The position numbers and the translations under genes are program-made. Below the pieces are notes generated by a model. That model was not told the DNA's origin and searched no databases. It saw only the letters and a list, made by a program, of their open reading frames with translations. Shown here piece after piece: positions 32,009 through 44,200 of a stretch of 64,000 nt of DNA. Origin of the DNA: Rebecca billardiae RCC1528 (taxonomy: Eukaryota; Protista; Haptophyta); assembly GCA_965240325.2 (NCBI GenBank), contig OZ251231.1, positions 310,001-374,000 of the forward strand. The letters are read 5' to 3'. The first letter of the stretch is position 1, and each line of letters begins with the position of its first letter.

Positions 32009-34656
32009 TCATGTCGACGTGGTCGGGAGGCCCAGCTTGTCCGGCAGGTAGGCGCCGAGGAAGTCGTGCAGCGAGACCGTCCCCTTCAGCTCCCTGTCCA
32101 GCCGGCGGACGACCAAGCTGAACGCCGTGTCTGAGAGCCGCAGCTCGTGCTCGGCGAGCAGCTCTCGAAAGTCCGGGACGGACAGCTGCACGCCCGGACG
32201 CGCCTCGGGCCTGCGCAGCAGCGCGTCGCCGATCGTCTCGATCTCGGCGCCGGGTGCCGTGCCGCCGATCGACGCCGTGCTGCCGCCGCCGGTGCCGGCC
32301 GAGTGCATCGTGGGCGCGCGCGTGGGCACGATGCCGCCCAAAAGGTTGAAGCCAGTCGGCAGGCCGAGGCCGCCGCCGCCGAGCTTGCGGAGGCCGAACC
32401 TGCGCGCCGGCTCCGGGGGTCCGCGGCCTCCGATCGTCGTGCTCGTGTCGTCCTTGGCGAGCGGCACGGTGCCGTCGGCGTGCGGCATGCGCATGCCGCC
32501 GCGCGTCGTGCCGCGGTTGGTCTTCCCGCGCATGCCCATCAGCCGCTTGCGCACGCGCCGGCGCAGCGGCTCGGACGGCCGCACCTCGAGGGCGGCGCGG
32601 ACGTGCGCGTCGACGGCGTCGAAGGTGGAGGCGATCTGCGCGGCGTGCTCCGCGTCGCGCAGCCATTCGCGGAGAGCGGAGAGCTCGCGCCGCGCGGCGT
32701 CCGCCTCGGCCGAGCCGCCGATCCCGCCGCCGAGCCCGGGCGCCGCGCCGCCGCGCGGCCCGAGCCCGAGCCAGCTGCTCAGACCGCCGCCGGGCGCGCC
32801 GGCCGGGCCTCGCTCGAAGCCGCTCTGCGGCAGCGCCGTGTGTGCGTCCGGCGTCGCGTGCGCGCTCGCCGGGTCCGCGTGTGCGCGGATGCGGATCTGG
32901 CCCTTGGTGTGCTCCGCCGGGTCGAGCAGCAGCCCCACCCACCGCTCGGGGAAGATCCAGTCCACGTTGAGCGCGCCAAGCCGCCCCGTGCGCGCGCCGC
33001 GCACCAGGTGCAGGTGCATCACCATGGGGAAGGGCTGCAGCATGGGCAGCTGCAGCCCGTGCGCGGTGGTGGTGGCGGCGGAGAAGGCGGCGACGGTGAG
33101 GCGCTTGAAGGCGTGCACCTCGTCCTCGGGGCCCTGCTGCGCGTCCGTGCCCCTGCGCGACATGCTGCGCTCCGGCCCGCCGCCACCAAACAGCATCCCC
33201 AGCCCCGAGCCGACGAATGAGGTCAGCCGCTTGGTGACCGCGGCCGCGCCCTGGCCGACGCGCCGCCCAAACGAGGCGCTGGCGTGCGCCTTGCGCACCG
33301 TCACGAGCCGGCCGCTCGGCGCAAAGGCGGCGGTGGCGTTGGCGAGCTCGAGCTCGCGGAACTTGTACACCGTCGCGAGCGGCGGCGCGGGCGAGCCGCC
33401 CAGCGCCTCCTCCTCGCGGCCGAGCAGCGAGCGCAGCGCGTGCGGCATCCGAGGCTTGCGCACGCCGCACACGAAACAGCCCACGCTCGCGAGCGCGACG
33501 TCGGGTGCGAGCGCCTTCGGCGGCGGCAGCAGCGTGGGGTCGGCGGCCGCGGCCGCGTCCGCCGCCGCCGCGGCGGCCGGAGCGCGCACTTGCGGCGCGG
33601 CGGGCGTGATGATCGTGAGGTTCTGAATCCGCAGGATCACGCCGTCGATCGCCTGTGGTGCCGTGTGCGCGCGTGAGCGGCGTGCGCGCACGGCGCGGCG
33701 CGGGGCGCGCGGCTCAGCGCGTGTGCGCGCGAGCGTCGAGCGCTCGCGCGCGGCCCGTGGGTGGCGCGTGCGCGCCCGCGCCCACGCCCGCCCGCCCGCC
33801 CACGCCCACGCCGCCCCGCGCGCCGCGCGCGCGCGGCCCCGCAGCGGCGGCAGCAGCGGCGGCGGGGCACGCGGCGCGCGCGCGTCGGCCGTGCACCCTA
33901 GGTTTAGGGTTAGGGTGAGGGGTTTAGGGTTAGGGTTCAGGTCACGCGGGCACGCACCCGCTCGATGGGACCGTAGCCGCCGTCGTCGTCGTCGTCGTCG
34001 TGCGCGCCGGCGGCGGCGTCCTTCGTCGCGGCCTCGGCCTCGTCCTTGGTGTTCAGCACGCGCGAGAGCTCCGCCATCCGCGCGGGCGTGAGCACGTGCG
34101 CCACCGGCAGCATCGTCGCCTCGATGGCGCGCGCCTCGATCACCACAGGGGCGCCGGTCGTCAGCAGCACGGGCACGCGGATCTTGATCGAGGAGACCCA
34201 CACGTCGGACCAGGCGGAGACGCCGCCCTGCAGCGCGGCGAGCGCGTCGTTGTCCAGCCGAAGCCCGTCGCGCCCGCCGATGTCGATCCCCGAGCTCGAG
34301 ATGCGCAGCGTGCCCTTGCCGTCATAATTCTTCACCAGCACGGCGAGCAGCTTGCCGAGCGTGGCGTGGACGAGGACGTCGGAGGCCATGGAGACGGGCG
34401 CGAGCATGACCTCGTCGACGAGGTGCGACACCGCCACCCCCACGCCCTTCGCCATCGTGCGCGCCAGCCGGCCCATCGCCGCGCCGGGCCGGCTCGCCTG
34501 GATCTTGCGCCGCTGCACCATCCCGCGGTAGTGGCGCTGCACGATCAGGGCGGCCTCCGCGTCCGAGAGCGGCCGGGCCACGCGGGGCGGCTGGCCGAAG
34601 AGGGCGACCACGCCCTGCATGATCAACGAGCTGTTCCTCCTCGTCGGTCCGCCCAT
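32009..34656 (-). CDS. IQ motif + Chorein-N (BLTP3/UHRF1BP1-like) + C-terminal EF-hand-like protein; 2 exons (34656-33958, 33652-32009)
   Basis: AALIVQRHYRGMVQRR (IQ); LAVLVKNY...LRLDNDAL...VWVSSIKIRVP...PVVIE. The splice joins YGPIER|AIDGVILRIQNLTI, comparable to BLTP3 YGFAEKVVEGISVSVNSIVI. C-terminus VRRLDRELKGTVSLHDFL. Confidence 0.6.
33899..33941 (+). repeat. Interstitial telomere-like repeats (TTAGGG variants) inside an intron
   Basis: taggtttagggttagggtgaggggtttagggttagggttcagg within intron 33653-33957. Confidence 0.85.
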
Positions 34657-35277
34657 GCTTCAGCGCTCGTCTCGCGTGTAGGGGCGTCGTCGAGCCGCAG
34701 CCAGCTGCTGCTGCCGCCCCGCCGGGAAGGCCGCCTTCGAAATGCGCCCGATGAGCGCGGAGCGCCACGACGACGCGCGCGTGCGACACCCGGTCAAGGG
34801 TGTCCTCCTTGACCCGGTGCGCCCCCGCCTTTTTTTCTTTCCAAACAGCACGCGGCACGGCGGCAGCGGCACGGCGCCACACAAATGTCCCCCCCCTGCC
34901 GGTGCTGGGTCAGACGAAACCCCCTTGGTCAGACCTGGCCTGGGCAGTGGCCAGTGCTACAATCGGCAATCCGGACCAAGGGGCTTACAAAGTGGTATTT
35001 TGTAAGCCCCTTGATTCTACTGCCTGCGACTCACCAGACACCACTGTCCGATCACCGGCGAGTCCTCAGTCGTCAATGTCATCTGGAGTTCTGGACTGAT
35101 GCAGGCCGCTTGCATAGGGGATAGGGCAACATCAACTATGAACGACAGTCACCCCGTGGGCGAGCATGGCCTGCGCGGTGGGCGAGCCTGGCTAGCCAGC
35201 GGTCTACGGCGGCGCGTCCGCCGTGCCGCCAGCCCCCACGCCAGCACCCCGAGCCGCCGCGCGCGCCATCACGGCCA

Positions 35278-36000
35278 TCAGCCGAACAGCGACTTGCTCG
35301 CGATCAGCGCGTCGAAGCCGTCCGGCTGCGGCCCGCTCAGCGGCGCGTCGCCAAGGTTGACGAAAAGGCACGCGCCGCCCGCCGCCGCGCCGGCGGGGGC
35401 CTCCGCCTCGGCGGCACCGGCGGGGGCGCCGGCGGGCGCGCCCGCCGCGCCCTTCGGCGCGCTCCCGCCGATCGAGACCGCGGGGAACACCTCGCCGCGC
35501 ACGCCCTCGAGCGCGGCGAGCTGCCGGCCCGCGTGCAGCACGCGCAGCGTGACGGGAAAGTCTCCCTGGTCGAGGGCGCAGCCGACGACGTCGCCCTCGG
35601 CGAGGAGGGGCCCGCCGGACGGCGTGCCGCGCGCCGCAACGCCCAGCTCGTGCGCCCACGACGTCGCCGCCGCCTTGGGCTCGCTCGCCGGCAGCGCGAG
35701 CGGCGCGTCCGTGTTGTGCGCGCTCGTCGCCACACCAATCCGCAGCGACGCGCCGCCGTCGCCGACGCTGGCGATGGTGACCTCCCAGTACGCGCGGTCC
35801 TGGAGCACTTCGGACGCGCCGAGCGCCGAGCCCCGCCCGCTGATCGAGCGTCCGTCCGCGCCAACCTGCACCTGCGGCCCGCGCTTGCCGATGCCGACGC
35901 CGCCACGCGCCTTGGACGGGCCCGCGTCGCGCGCGCGCGTCGACGTGCCGCCGCCCGCCGGGCGGAGCCAGCCGAGGCACGGGCAGCACGCGCCGAGCAT
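35278..36000 (-). CDS. SPRYD7: SPRY domain-containing protein 7-like
   Basis: Cys-rich N-terminus MLGACCPC; GRSISGRGSALG, QDRAYWEV, EGDVVGCALD, GVRGEVFPAVSI, P.GFDALI..KSL C-terminus. Confidence 0.8.
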   Translation of the reverse strand: MLGACCPCLGWLRPAGGGTSTRARDAGPSKARGGVGIGKRGPQVQVGADGRSISGRGSALGASEVLQDRAYWEVTIASVGDGGASLRIGVATSAHNTDAPLALPASEPKAAATSWAHELGVAARGTPSGGPLLAEGDVVGCALDQGDFPVTLRVLHAGRQLAALEGVRGEVFPAVSIGGSAPKGAAGAPAGAPAGAAEAEAPAGAAAGGACLFVNLGDAPLSGPQPDGFDALIASKSLFG

Positions 36001-36353
36001 GCGTGCGGCTGAGCTGCGCGCGGGCTCGCCTCCGCGCCACGCGCCGAGGGGGGGCGGGCGAGGCTGGCGGCGCGCGCCCGAGGCTTTGGTCACCGCGGTG
36101 AGTCGCGCCGCGACGATCGAGCCTGATGATTTTCTCCGGGACGATGGCGGACCACGCCGACCGGACCACGCGAAAACACGCTTGGGCGCTCGCGAAAACG
36201 GAAGACCACTTCAAGAGCGATTCAAATTGAAACTCCGACAAACGGTCAGTTTGATGGTAGTTTGTCCCTTGTCCGCTCGCGACGCGAAAGATGAGCGGAT
36301 TGAACCAAAGAAATAAAGGGGGGTTTGAACGACGCGCGGGACCGAGCAGTGAC

Positions 36354-37046
36354 ATGACAACGATCACGCAGGCGCCGCTCCCGGCCTCCGAGGCGATGCA
36401 CGCGGCACGCCCCGGCGGCGCGGGCGCGAAGCGGCCCCGGCCGAGCGTGCGCCACTTCACCCTGCTCTTCACGAGTGACGAGCCCAAGCCCAAGGGCAAG
36501 GGCAAGCCCGCCAAGGGCAAGGCGCCGGCGAAGGCCGAGGCGCCGTGGCTGCGCGTGCGCGTGCGCGAGGACGTGCCGGTGGCGGAGCTCGTGCTCGCGG
36601 TGCTCGACGAGTGGCGGTGCGACGTGCAGCACATCTTCCGCCTGGACAAGATGCCTAGCCCGGCGCAGCAGGCCGCCCGCGAGGCCCTCGAGAAGCAGAA
36701 GCAGGAGCTGCGGCGCCGGCTGCGGCGCGGAGAGGCGGTACACGACGAGCTGAACGCGCTCACCAGGATGGAGTTCGAGGGCGAGGGCGAGGAGGAGGAG
36801 GAGGAGGGCGCGCACTTCGAGGGCGTGCCGTACTGGAACTCGCCGGACCCCATGTTCAACGGCCACGAGCCGCTCTCCCGCGCCCGGCTCGTGCCCTCGG
36901 ATCGCCTGCGGCTGCAGCACGATCGCTTCTCGCAGTACGGCGTGAGCGCGGAGGTGCTCGTCGAGGCGGTGCACGACGGGGACGCGCCGGGCGAGGCGGA
37001 GGAGCCGGTCGCCATCATCGGTAAGAGCAAGCACCGCCCGTCGTAG
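36354..37046 (+). CDS. Hypothetical protein, possibly pRiA4b ORF-3/MM3350-like fold
   Basis: GC3-rich ORF. The pattern WLRVRVREDVPVAELVLAVLDEW..D..HIFRL ... LSRARLVPSDRLRLQHD ... VLVEAV ... PVAIIG is only loosely similar to that family. The start could be 36291. Confidence 0.55.
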   Translation: MTTITQAPLPASEAMHAARPGGAGAKRPRPSVRHFTLLFTSDEPKPKGKGKPAKGKAPAKAEAPWLRVRVREDVPVAELVLAVLDEWRCDVQHIFRLDKMPSPAQQAAREALEKQKQELRRRLRRGEAVHDELNALTRMEFEGEGEEEEEEGAHFEGVPYWNSPDPMFNGHEPLSRARLVPSDRLRLQHDRFSQYGVSAEVLVEAVHDGDAPGEAEEPVAIIGKSKHRPS

Positions 37047-37244
37047 CCGCGGGCAGCCGTGGCGCGACGTGGCTCGATGACGCGGATCATCATATATATA
37101 AGTCAGGGTGGTCCGGGCGCTGCGCAGTGACTCGGACCCGGTTCAGTACCGTAACTACCCGTGACGATACCGCGTTGCTGTGACCGCCCGTTCGGGCCGT
37201 CGCTGGGCCCCGTTGCGACCGGGTCAACGGACAACATCATCAGT

Positions 37245-38962
37245 TAGGGGGGCCAAAGTGGCACTGTAGCGTTACTGACGGCCACGAGCGCGGGTCCTAG
37301 CGAGTGTTTAGAGCTGATTTCGGGCTGGATCATTTGCCCTCTGGAGGGGTCTGGGCCGGCCATGTGAAAAAATCAGGTGCACATACCCTGATTATAGGGC
37401 GTAACGGCTACCATATTACTTATTAGAATGAGCCTGAACTTATTGGAAACGGCATGTAACGGTCGTCCTATATGTGACATATAGACCATGTCGACCCGTC
37501 AGTTTGATAGAGCATCTCGGCGAGATCGTTCTGAGTCCCCAGCAGCAGCAGGTCCCAACATGCGATATAGGCGGTGTACTGGCAGGCTGTCAAATATGTA
37601 GTTTCCTGGAAGCCACTGGTCGTTACATACCCACCGTGTATATAGGCGCCATGCTGATGAATATAGTCTCGTCTGATCTCGAGCTGCGAGATACGTTTTC
37701 AGACTGTGTATACGGCCACACGTACGGCGTATTGCAGACATAGTAGACCCAAAGCACCGGCCCCACGTCCTCAGCCCGGGAGTGCTCTCGGTCATCGTCA
37801 AGGTTTAAAGTCACTCGAGCCAACCGTCACCGCTCCCTGGCCGAGACCTACGAGGCAGGTCAAATCTGTCGTCGTCGCAGTGCGGCACAGTGCCGAGCAT
37901 GCGATTCGGCAGCAAACGCCTGCTCCAGGCGGTGGCTGGCGTCTCTGCACCAAACCAGGCTGGATGGGATCGGTCCATATAGGTATGCCCTAACCTGTTC
38001 CGCGCTATTTCTGGGCTTTGGGGCGGATATTCGGCCTACAGAGGCTGATCCGGCGCTGTTCGGCGCTCCTGGCTGGCTGCGCAGAGCCCAACGGCAAGCG
38101 CCGGCGTGTGCAAGGTGTCAAGATTGAGAAGGTCTCTGACGCTCCCGCCGGTCTTGGGCGCACCAGGGTGCATGGGGGCCCATCTGCATCTGCTTCTGCA
38201 GGCATGAGCGTCACAGGGGCGCGCTTGCAGGCACGGTCGAGTGCACGTCGGACCTGTCGAACGGAGCCAACCGCTGCCTGCGAGCACGTCCGCGACGTCC
38301 TGAGAGGCGAATGGGAGGCGCCCCGACGCCATCAGCGGGCACACGTGACCCATACCCAACGTACTGACCATCGCAAGTGCCACGGCAGGTGCAAACACGG
38401 GCCCTACAAGCGGAACATGACAGTTGCGAGCTCCGCGGAGGTGTTGTGCGCGAGCTCGCGCCGGTCTGCTGACGGCGATTCCGGCGCAGTAGGGTAGGTT
38501 AGGCGAGCTTGGCATTCACAGACATACATGGACGATTGGTCCGAGCATCGATCTCATTGGTCCGAGTTGATCATGCGCCACACCGTGCGGTAGCGTAGCG
38601 GGCGTACGCAGCGCACCAATTCAAGCCGGCCGACGCGCGCCGCGCACGGCGCGAGGTGGCCAAGAAGCGGGTGGTGAGCCGCTGGTGGCGCAAAGGCACG
38701 GGTCAGTAGCGCCCACAAGCGTCACGCGCGCGCGCACCCGAGACCATATCGGCGTCTCAGAGGTCGCGAGCGCGCGGCGGTCCACTGCCTCCGGCCGCTC
38801 GTGCTCGAGCGGAACCGAGCTCTGAGCGCCCGAACGCGTCGGAGCTCGATTTTCGAGCGGGGTCCGAGAAAAAGGCTCCGCGCCACCCTAAAAGGCCGAA
38901 GGAGGAGCGAAAATGCGCCGCGGCTCTGATTTTCTTTTTAAATGAGCGGTTTGGCCCCCCTA
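37245..38962. mobile_element. Non-autonomous TIR transposon (hAT-like termini), 1718 bp
   Basis: Perfect 13-bp [16 protein letters not shown]...TTTGGCCCCCCTA, flanked by the direct repeat CATCAGT (37238-37244 and 38963-38969). Lower GC than the flanking genes; no transposase ORF. Confidence 0.85.
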
Positions 38963-39181
38963 CATCAGTCAGCAGTGCGCGCGCTGACGATCGATCGGGC
39001 TCGGCGGGCGGGCGGCGCGGGCCGGCGGCGTGAGTAGAGTCTAGAGACTACTCGTCGTCGATCATCATATCATCATTATCTGAATCATATATATATATAT
39101 ATATATATATCATATATCGTCAGCGGTATATGACTATACTGAGCAGTCAGAGCAGTAGTCCGCGCGCTATATATATTATAT

Positions 39182-40873
39182 GTGGCGTTATAGGGAATGA
39201 ACCTATAACTGAGTCAGAGTGTCTATGAGCGACGCCAAGAATCCGGCTCGCATCACGGCATTCCTGCGTTGTCCTGTGCGCACCGCCGCGCGCGGGATTC
39301 CTGGTGCGCTGCCAATCTGGCCCACAGCGGCGCACCTGCAGGACTCGGTTGGTTACCGCTCACATCGGATCGATCAGGCTTCGCTCTCGGGGGCGCCATG
39401 GGGCTGCTCACGACGAAGGCGCCGAGCTGGGCAAGGGAATCGCCTGCATCGGGCACTGCCGGGTGCACGCTCCGCTGCAGGAGGTGCACCGCAGTCGCCG
39501 CAGCCCCTCTGCTCGGTAAGGTCGCTGGCTGTCTGTGTGGCCCGGCTCCCCGCCTGATCGTTCGGCGGCGCGACGTCATCATCTGTCTTCGCCGCGTCGC
39601 CCCTCATGCAATGGTCTCTTGCTCTCGCCGCTGTCGCGTCAACCCGCACGCTTCATCGTTTGAGATACGCGCTCGCCTCGCGCCCGTGCGTCGCGCGGGT
39701 GCGGCGCACTCTGACGCGTGTCTGCTCGCCGCGCGTCGCGATCGATCGTGCGCGCGCGGCCGCGCAGTCCTCGTCTCTTCTATTTCTAAACGGGATTCAT
39801 CAACGACTACTTGGACGCCCGCTCCAACTTATAAACGGGACTCGCGGGCGCCCTCTCGACCTCGGGCAGCAGCTCAACCGCCACGCCGCTGCCAGCGCCC
39901 GCTGTCGTTCGTTGCTCAAATCCCAACATAGCTAACCTGATCGTTCCATGATTGATCATTGTGGTCTGTCTACTCCACGACGCCGCGCGCCGCGACCATC
40001 CAGCTCCAGAGTCCATTCGTACCCGACGCCTTGTACGAGCCGGGCATGGCGGAGTGGCTAGACGTGGCGTTATAGGGAACCTATAACTGAGTGTCTATGA
40101 GCGACGCCAAGAATCCGGCTCGCACGGCATTCCTGCGTTGTCCTGTGCGCACCGCCGCGCGCAGGATTCCTGGTGCGCTGCCAATCTGGCCCACAGCGGC
40201 GCATCTGCAGGACTCGGTTGGTTACCGCTCACATCGGATCGATCAGGCTTCGCTCTCGGGGGCGCCATGGGGCTGCTCACGACGAAGGCGCCGAGCTGGG
40301 CAAGGGAATCGCCTGCATCGGGCACTGCCGGGTGCACGCTCCGCTGCAGGAGGTGCACCGCAGTCGCCGCAGCCCCTCTGCTCGGTAAGGTCGCTGGCTG
40401 TCTGTGTGGCCCGGCTCCCCGCCTGATCGTTCGGCGGCGCGACGTCATCATCTGTCTTCGCCGCGTCGCCCCTCATGCAATGGTCTCTTGCTCTCGCCGC
40501 TGTCGCGTCAACCCGCACGCTTCATCGTTTGCCCGCCCGCCCACCCTCGGCCTCTGGCGGATATGGAAGCACTGCAGTGTCAGCGAGCCATCAGCCTTAA
40601 TCGACCTTGCTCAAGTGACTGACGACTCGCGGGCGCCCTCTCGACCTCGGGCAGCAGCTCAACCGCCACGCCGCTGCCAGCGCCCGCTGTCGTTCGTTGC
40701 TCAAATCCCAACATAGCTAACCTGATCGTTCCATGATTGATCATTGTGGTCTGTCTACTCCACGACGCCGCGCGCCGCGACCATCCAGCTCCAGTGAGAC
40801 TCTGGTCCAGAGTGACCAGAGTCCATTCGTACCCGACGCCTTGTACGAGCCGGGCATGGCGGAGTGGCTAGAC
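39182..40873. repeat. Head-to-tail tandem of two copies of an ~0.85-kb element (39182-40063, 40064-40873) between TA-rich flanks
   Basis: Both copies start GTGGCGTTATAGGGAA and end GGCGGAGTGGCTAGAC. They are near-identical except for unrelated middle segments (~39661-39838 vs ~40531-40622). Confidence 0.9.
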
Positions 40874-41238
40874 ATATATATATAGTCGTCGTCATCATCG
40901 GGCGGCGGGCTTCGGCCGCTTCCGGCACGCGAGTCGCGAGCTGTCGCGAGCGTCCACGACCACGCGGCGACTACGGCTCTGATGAGCCCATCGAGTGATC
41001 GGCCCGTCGTGGCGCCCCGCGGCCCGCGCGTGCCCCGCGGATGCGCGTGAGCGCGGCCGCCCTGCCGAGCTCGGCCGCGTCCCCCAGCCGGGCCATGGTG
41101 AAGAATTGAAGCTGTCAGATGTCAGTCAGATGTGAGATGAGCAGAGCGCGCGCCGCAGCGTGCGGGCGGCCGCGAGCTGCCGTGCCGCCCGCAGGCTGCA
41201 TGCAGCCCGGGCGCACGCTGCCAGCCGCCGGCCGGCGC

Positions 41239-44200
41239 TCAGCCGTGTCGGTTGAGCAGCTTGTCCTTGAGCGAGAGCGCCGAGCGCAGCACCGGCGGCG
41301 CCGGGCTGCTCGCGCGCGCGCGCAGGGGCGTGCGCGCGCGGTCGGCGCAAGGGCGTGAGGTCGGCCGCTGAGCGCGCGCGCGCGCGCTCGGCGGCTGGCG
41401 CCGGGCGGACGGCGCGCGGCGAAGCGTCCGCCGCGCGGCGGCGGGCGTGGCGCGTGCCGCGCGCACCTGCAGAGCAGCTTGTCGTCAAAGACGGCGACGG
41501 CGATGGCGAACGCCTGCAGCGCCGAGTACGGCCGCTTGTAGTCCACGTTGAAGCGGTGCGTGCCCACCTTGCCTGCGCGCCGCGCGGACGGCGCGCGGCC
41601 GCGGTGTCGAGCGCCGCCGCTCAGCTGCCGCCGCGCGCGCGCGCCCGCAGGGCGAGGGCAGGGCGGCGCGGGGCGGGCGTGGCGCGCGCCGAGCGCGCAC
41701 CCAGCTGGAACTTGATGTCGTGCTGGTCGCGCGAGTCCACCAGTTGGATGTTTTTCACCGACGGCTCGGTCGCGCGCCCGTTGTACTCTGTGCACGGCCG
41801 CACGGCCGCGCCGCGCGCGTCGGGGGCGGCCGGCCAGCCGCGAGCGAGCGAGCGCGCGCGGCTGAGCGGCGCGGCGCGCGCGGCCAAGGCGGGCGGGGTG
41901 GCGGCGCCGGCGCGGCGCGGCGTCCGCGCGCGCGCTCGGCCGGGCTCGCACCGAGCGTGTACGACTGCAGCCGCTCCGACCACGTGGGCGCCTTGTTGGC
42001 CATCATCACCAGCCCGCCGTACCGCTGCGTCTTGAGGCGCTCCACCAGCGTCTCCTCCTGCGCGCGGCCAGAAGGGAGGGGGCGCGCGCGGAGGCACGCA
42101 CACACACGCATAGACGCACACACACACACGCACACACACGCACACGCACACACACACGCACACGCACGCGCACACACACACGCGCGCGCACACACACGCA
42201 CACACACGCACACGCACACATACACACACGCACACGCACACACGCACGCGCACGCACACACGCACACACACGCACACGCACACGCACACGCACGCACACA
42301 CGCACACACACGCGCGCACACACACACGCACGCGCACACGCGCGCGCGCGGAGGGGGCGCGCGCGCGGTGGCACGCCGGGCGGCGGTGTGTGAGCGGGCG
42401 GCCGCGCGCGCGCGTGCTGCTGCTGCCCCGCGCGCCACCGCGCACAACACGCGTGCGCGCGCGCCGCGTGGCGCACGCACCTTGGTGGTCGGGCGCAGCA
42501 GCGCGCGCCCGCCCTCGTCCGTCTCCTGCGGCAGCCCGGCAGTTAGCTGCACAGGCCCGCCTGAGCCGAGGATGCTCTGCTCGAACGAGATGGCGAGCAG
42601 CTCGGCCCTCAGCTCGGTGGAGACGGGCCCGCCGACGGTGGAGGCGGTGTCGTCGTCGTCGTCGTCGAAGCCGGCGGTGGACGGCCGGGAGAGCCGGCCG
42701 GTGCGCGTGCCGCCCGCCGCCTGCGCGCGCGTGCATGCGCGCGCGGGCGCGCCGCGCGCTCGGCCCAGCGCGCGCGGCGCCCTGCGTGCTCGGCGCGAGC
42801 GCGCGTGCGCGCAGGTGCGCGGTGCGGCGCGCTCTCGGCTTTCGCGCGCGCGCCGCACCCTGTCGGCCTTCCTGGGCGAGAGCCCCGGCGTGTACAGCAC
42901 CCAGTGCAGCCCGCCCATGTCCTGCGCGGCCAGCTTGCCCAGATAGCCGCGGCCGGAGGGCTCGAACGCGTTGGCCGCCTCGCTGCGCACGCAGGGCGGA
43001 CGGGGGCGCGCGCACGAGGGGCGCGGAGGCGTGAGCGGGCGGTGTGCGCGGTGTGGGCTGTGTGTGTGTGCGTGCGCGCGCGTGTGTGTGTGAGCGTGCG
43101 CTGTGTGTGCGTGCGTGTGCGTGTGTGTGTGCGCGCGGTGTGTGTGTGCGTGCGTGTGCGTGTGCGCGTGTGTGCGTGTGTGTGCGTGTGTGTGCGTGTG
43201 TGCGGTGCTGTGCGCCGCACCGCTCCGTCGAGAAGCGGTAGAGCGTGTTGCGCGCGCCGCGGCTCTTCTTGGCGCTCATGCAGTACAGCGCGTGGTACGG
43301 CGGCAGCTCCAGGTACAGGTCGTACCGGACTGCCCCGGACTTTTCCTTCTCGCGCAGCACGTAGCACTGGACCATCGCGTGCCGGCCTGCCGGGTTAGGG
43401 TTAGGGTTAGGGTGAGGGTGAGGGTGAGGGTTAGGGCGGGCACGGGGCGTGGGCGCGCGGTGGCGGTGCGCGGCACACGCGCGCCGCGCAGCGGCAGCAG
43501 CCGCCGCCGCCGCCGCCGCAGCAGCACGGCGCGGCGGCGCGCCGAGCTCGCGCCACCCCGCCCGCGCCGTCCGCGATCGCGCGCACGCGCACACCCGCTG
43601 GCTCCGTCAGAATTTTGCCCAGCCCGGCCCACATGTGCGCAGGCCCGAAGGGCGAGAGGGGCTCGGGGACATCTGCGAGGGTGAGGCGACCGCCGGGCCC
43701 GGAGCCCTTCATGCCGTGCTGCGCGGCCACCTGCGACGCGAGCGCGGGCTGCGCCTCGTCGAGCACGAGCCGCGCGCGGCAGTCGTTCGGCAGCGGCGGC
43801 TGGTGGTTGCCGCCGCCGTCGTCGCCCGAGTCGCCGCCCTGCGGCACCGCCGGCAGCTCGTCGGATTGGAACGCCTCGGCCATCTCCGAGGTCGACGCGT
43901 AGTAGCCCGCCTGCGTGTAGTAGTCGAAGGCGGCGCGCTTGCGGCCGTGCGCGTCCTTCGTCGTGTCCGCCGCCACGCCGGGCGTCCAGTACGACTTGTC
44001 CCACTGCGCACCGCGCGCGCGCACGAGCGCACGCGCGCACGCGCGCACGCGCGCACGCGCGCAGGCACAGTCACGCCGCGCGGGCGCGCGCGTCAGCGCC
44101 GCGCGCCGCCCGCGCGCACGGCCGCCGCCACCGCGCACCGCGCGCAACGCACCTGCCCGCGGTGCCTGTAGTACAGCTGGCGGTGGTACTCGTCGAGCGG

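Noticed and set aside
35204-37093. 629-aa minus-strand ORF, and similar long Arg/Ala-rich ORFs elsewhere (e.g. 4427..6376, 28859..30979, 55740..57266)
   Set aside because: Shadow frames of better-supported genes; stop codons are rare at this GC content.
33899-43436. TTAGGG tracts as evidence of a chromosome end or fusion
   Set aside because: The tracts are short, degenerate and inside introns of intact genes.
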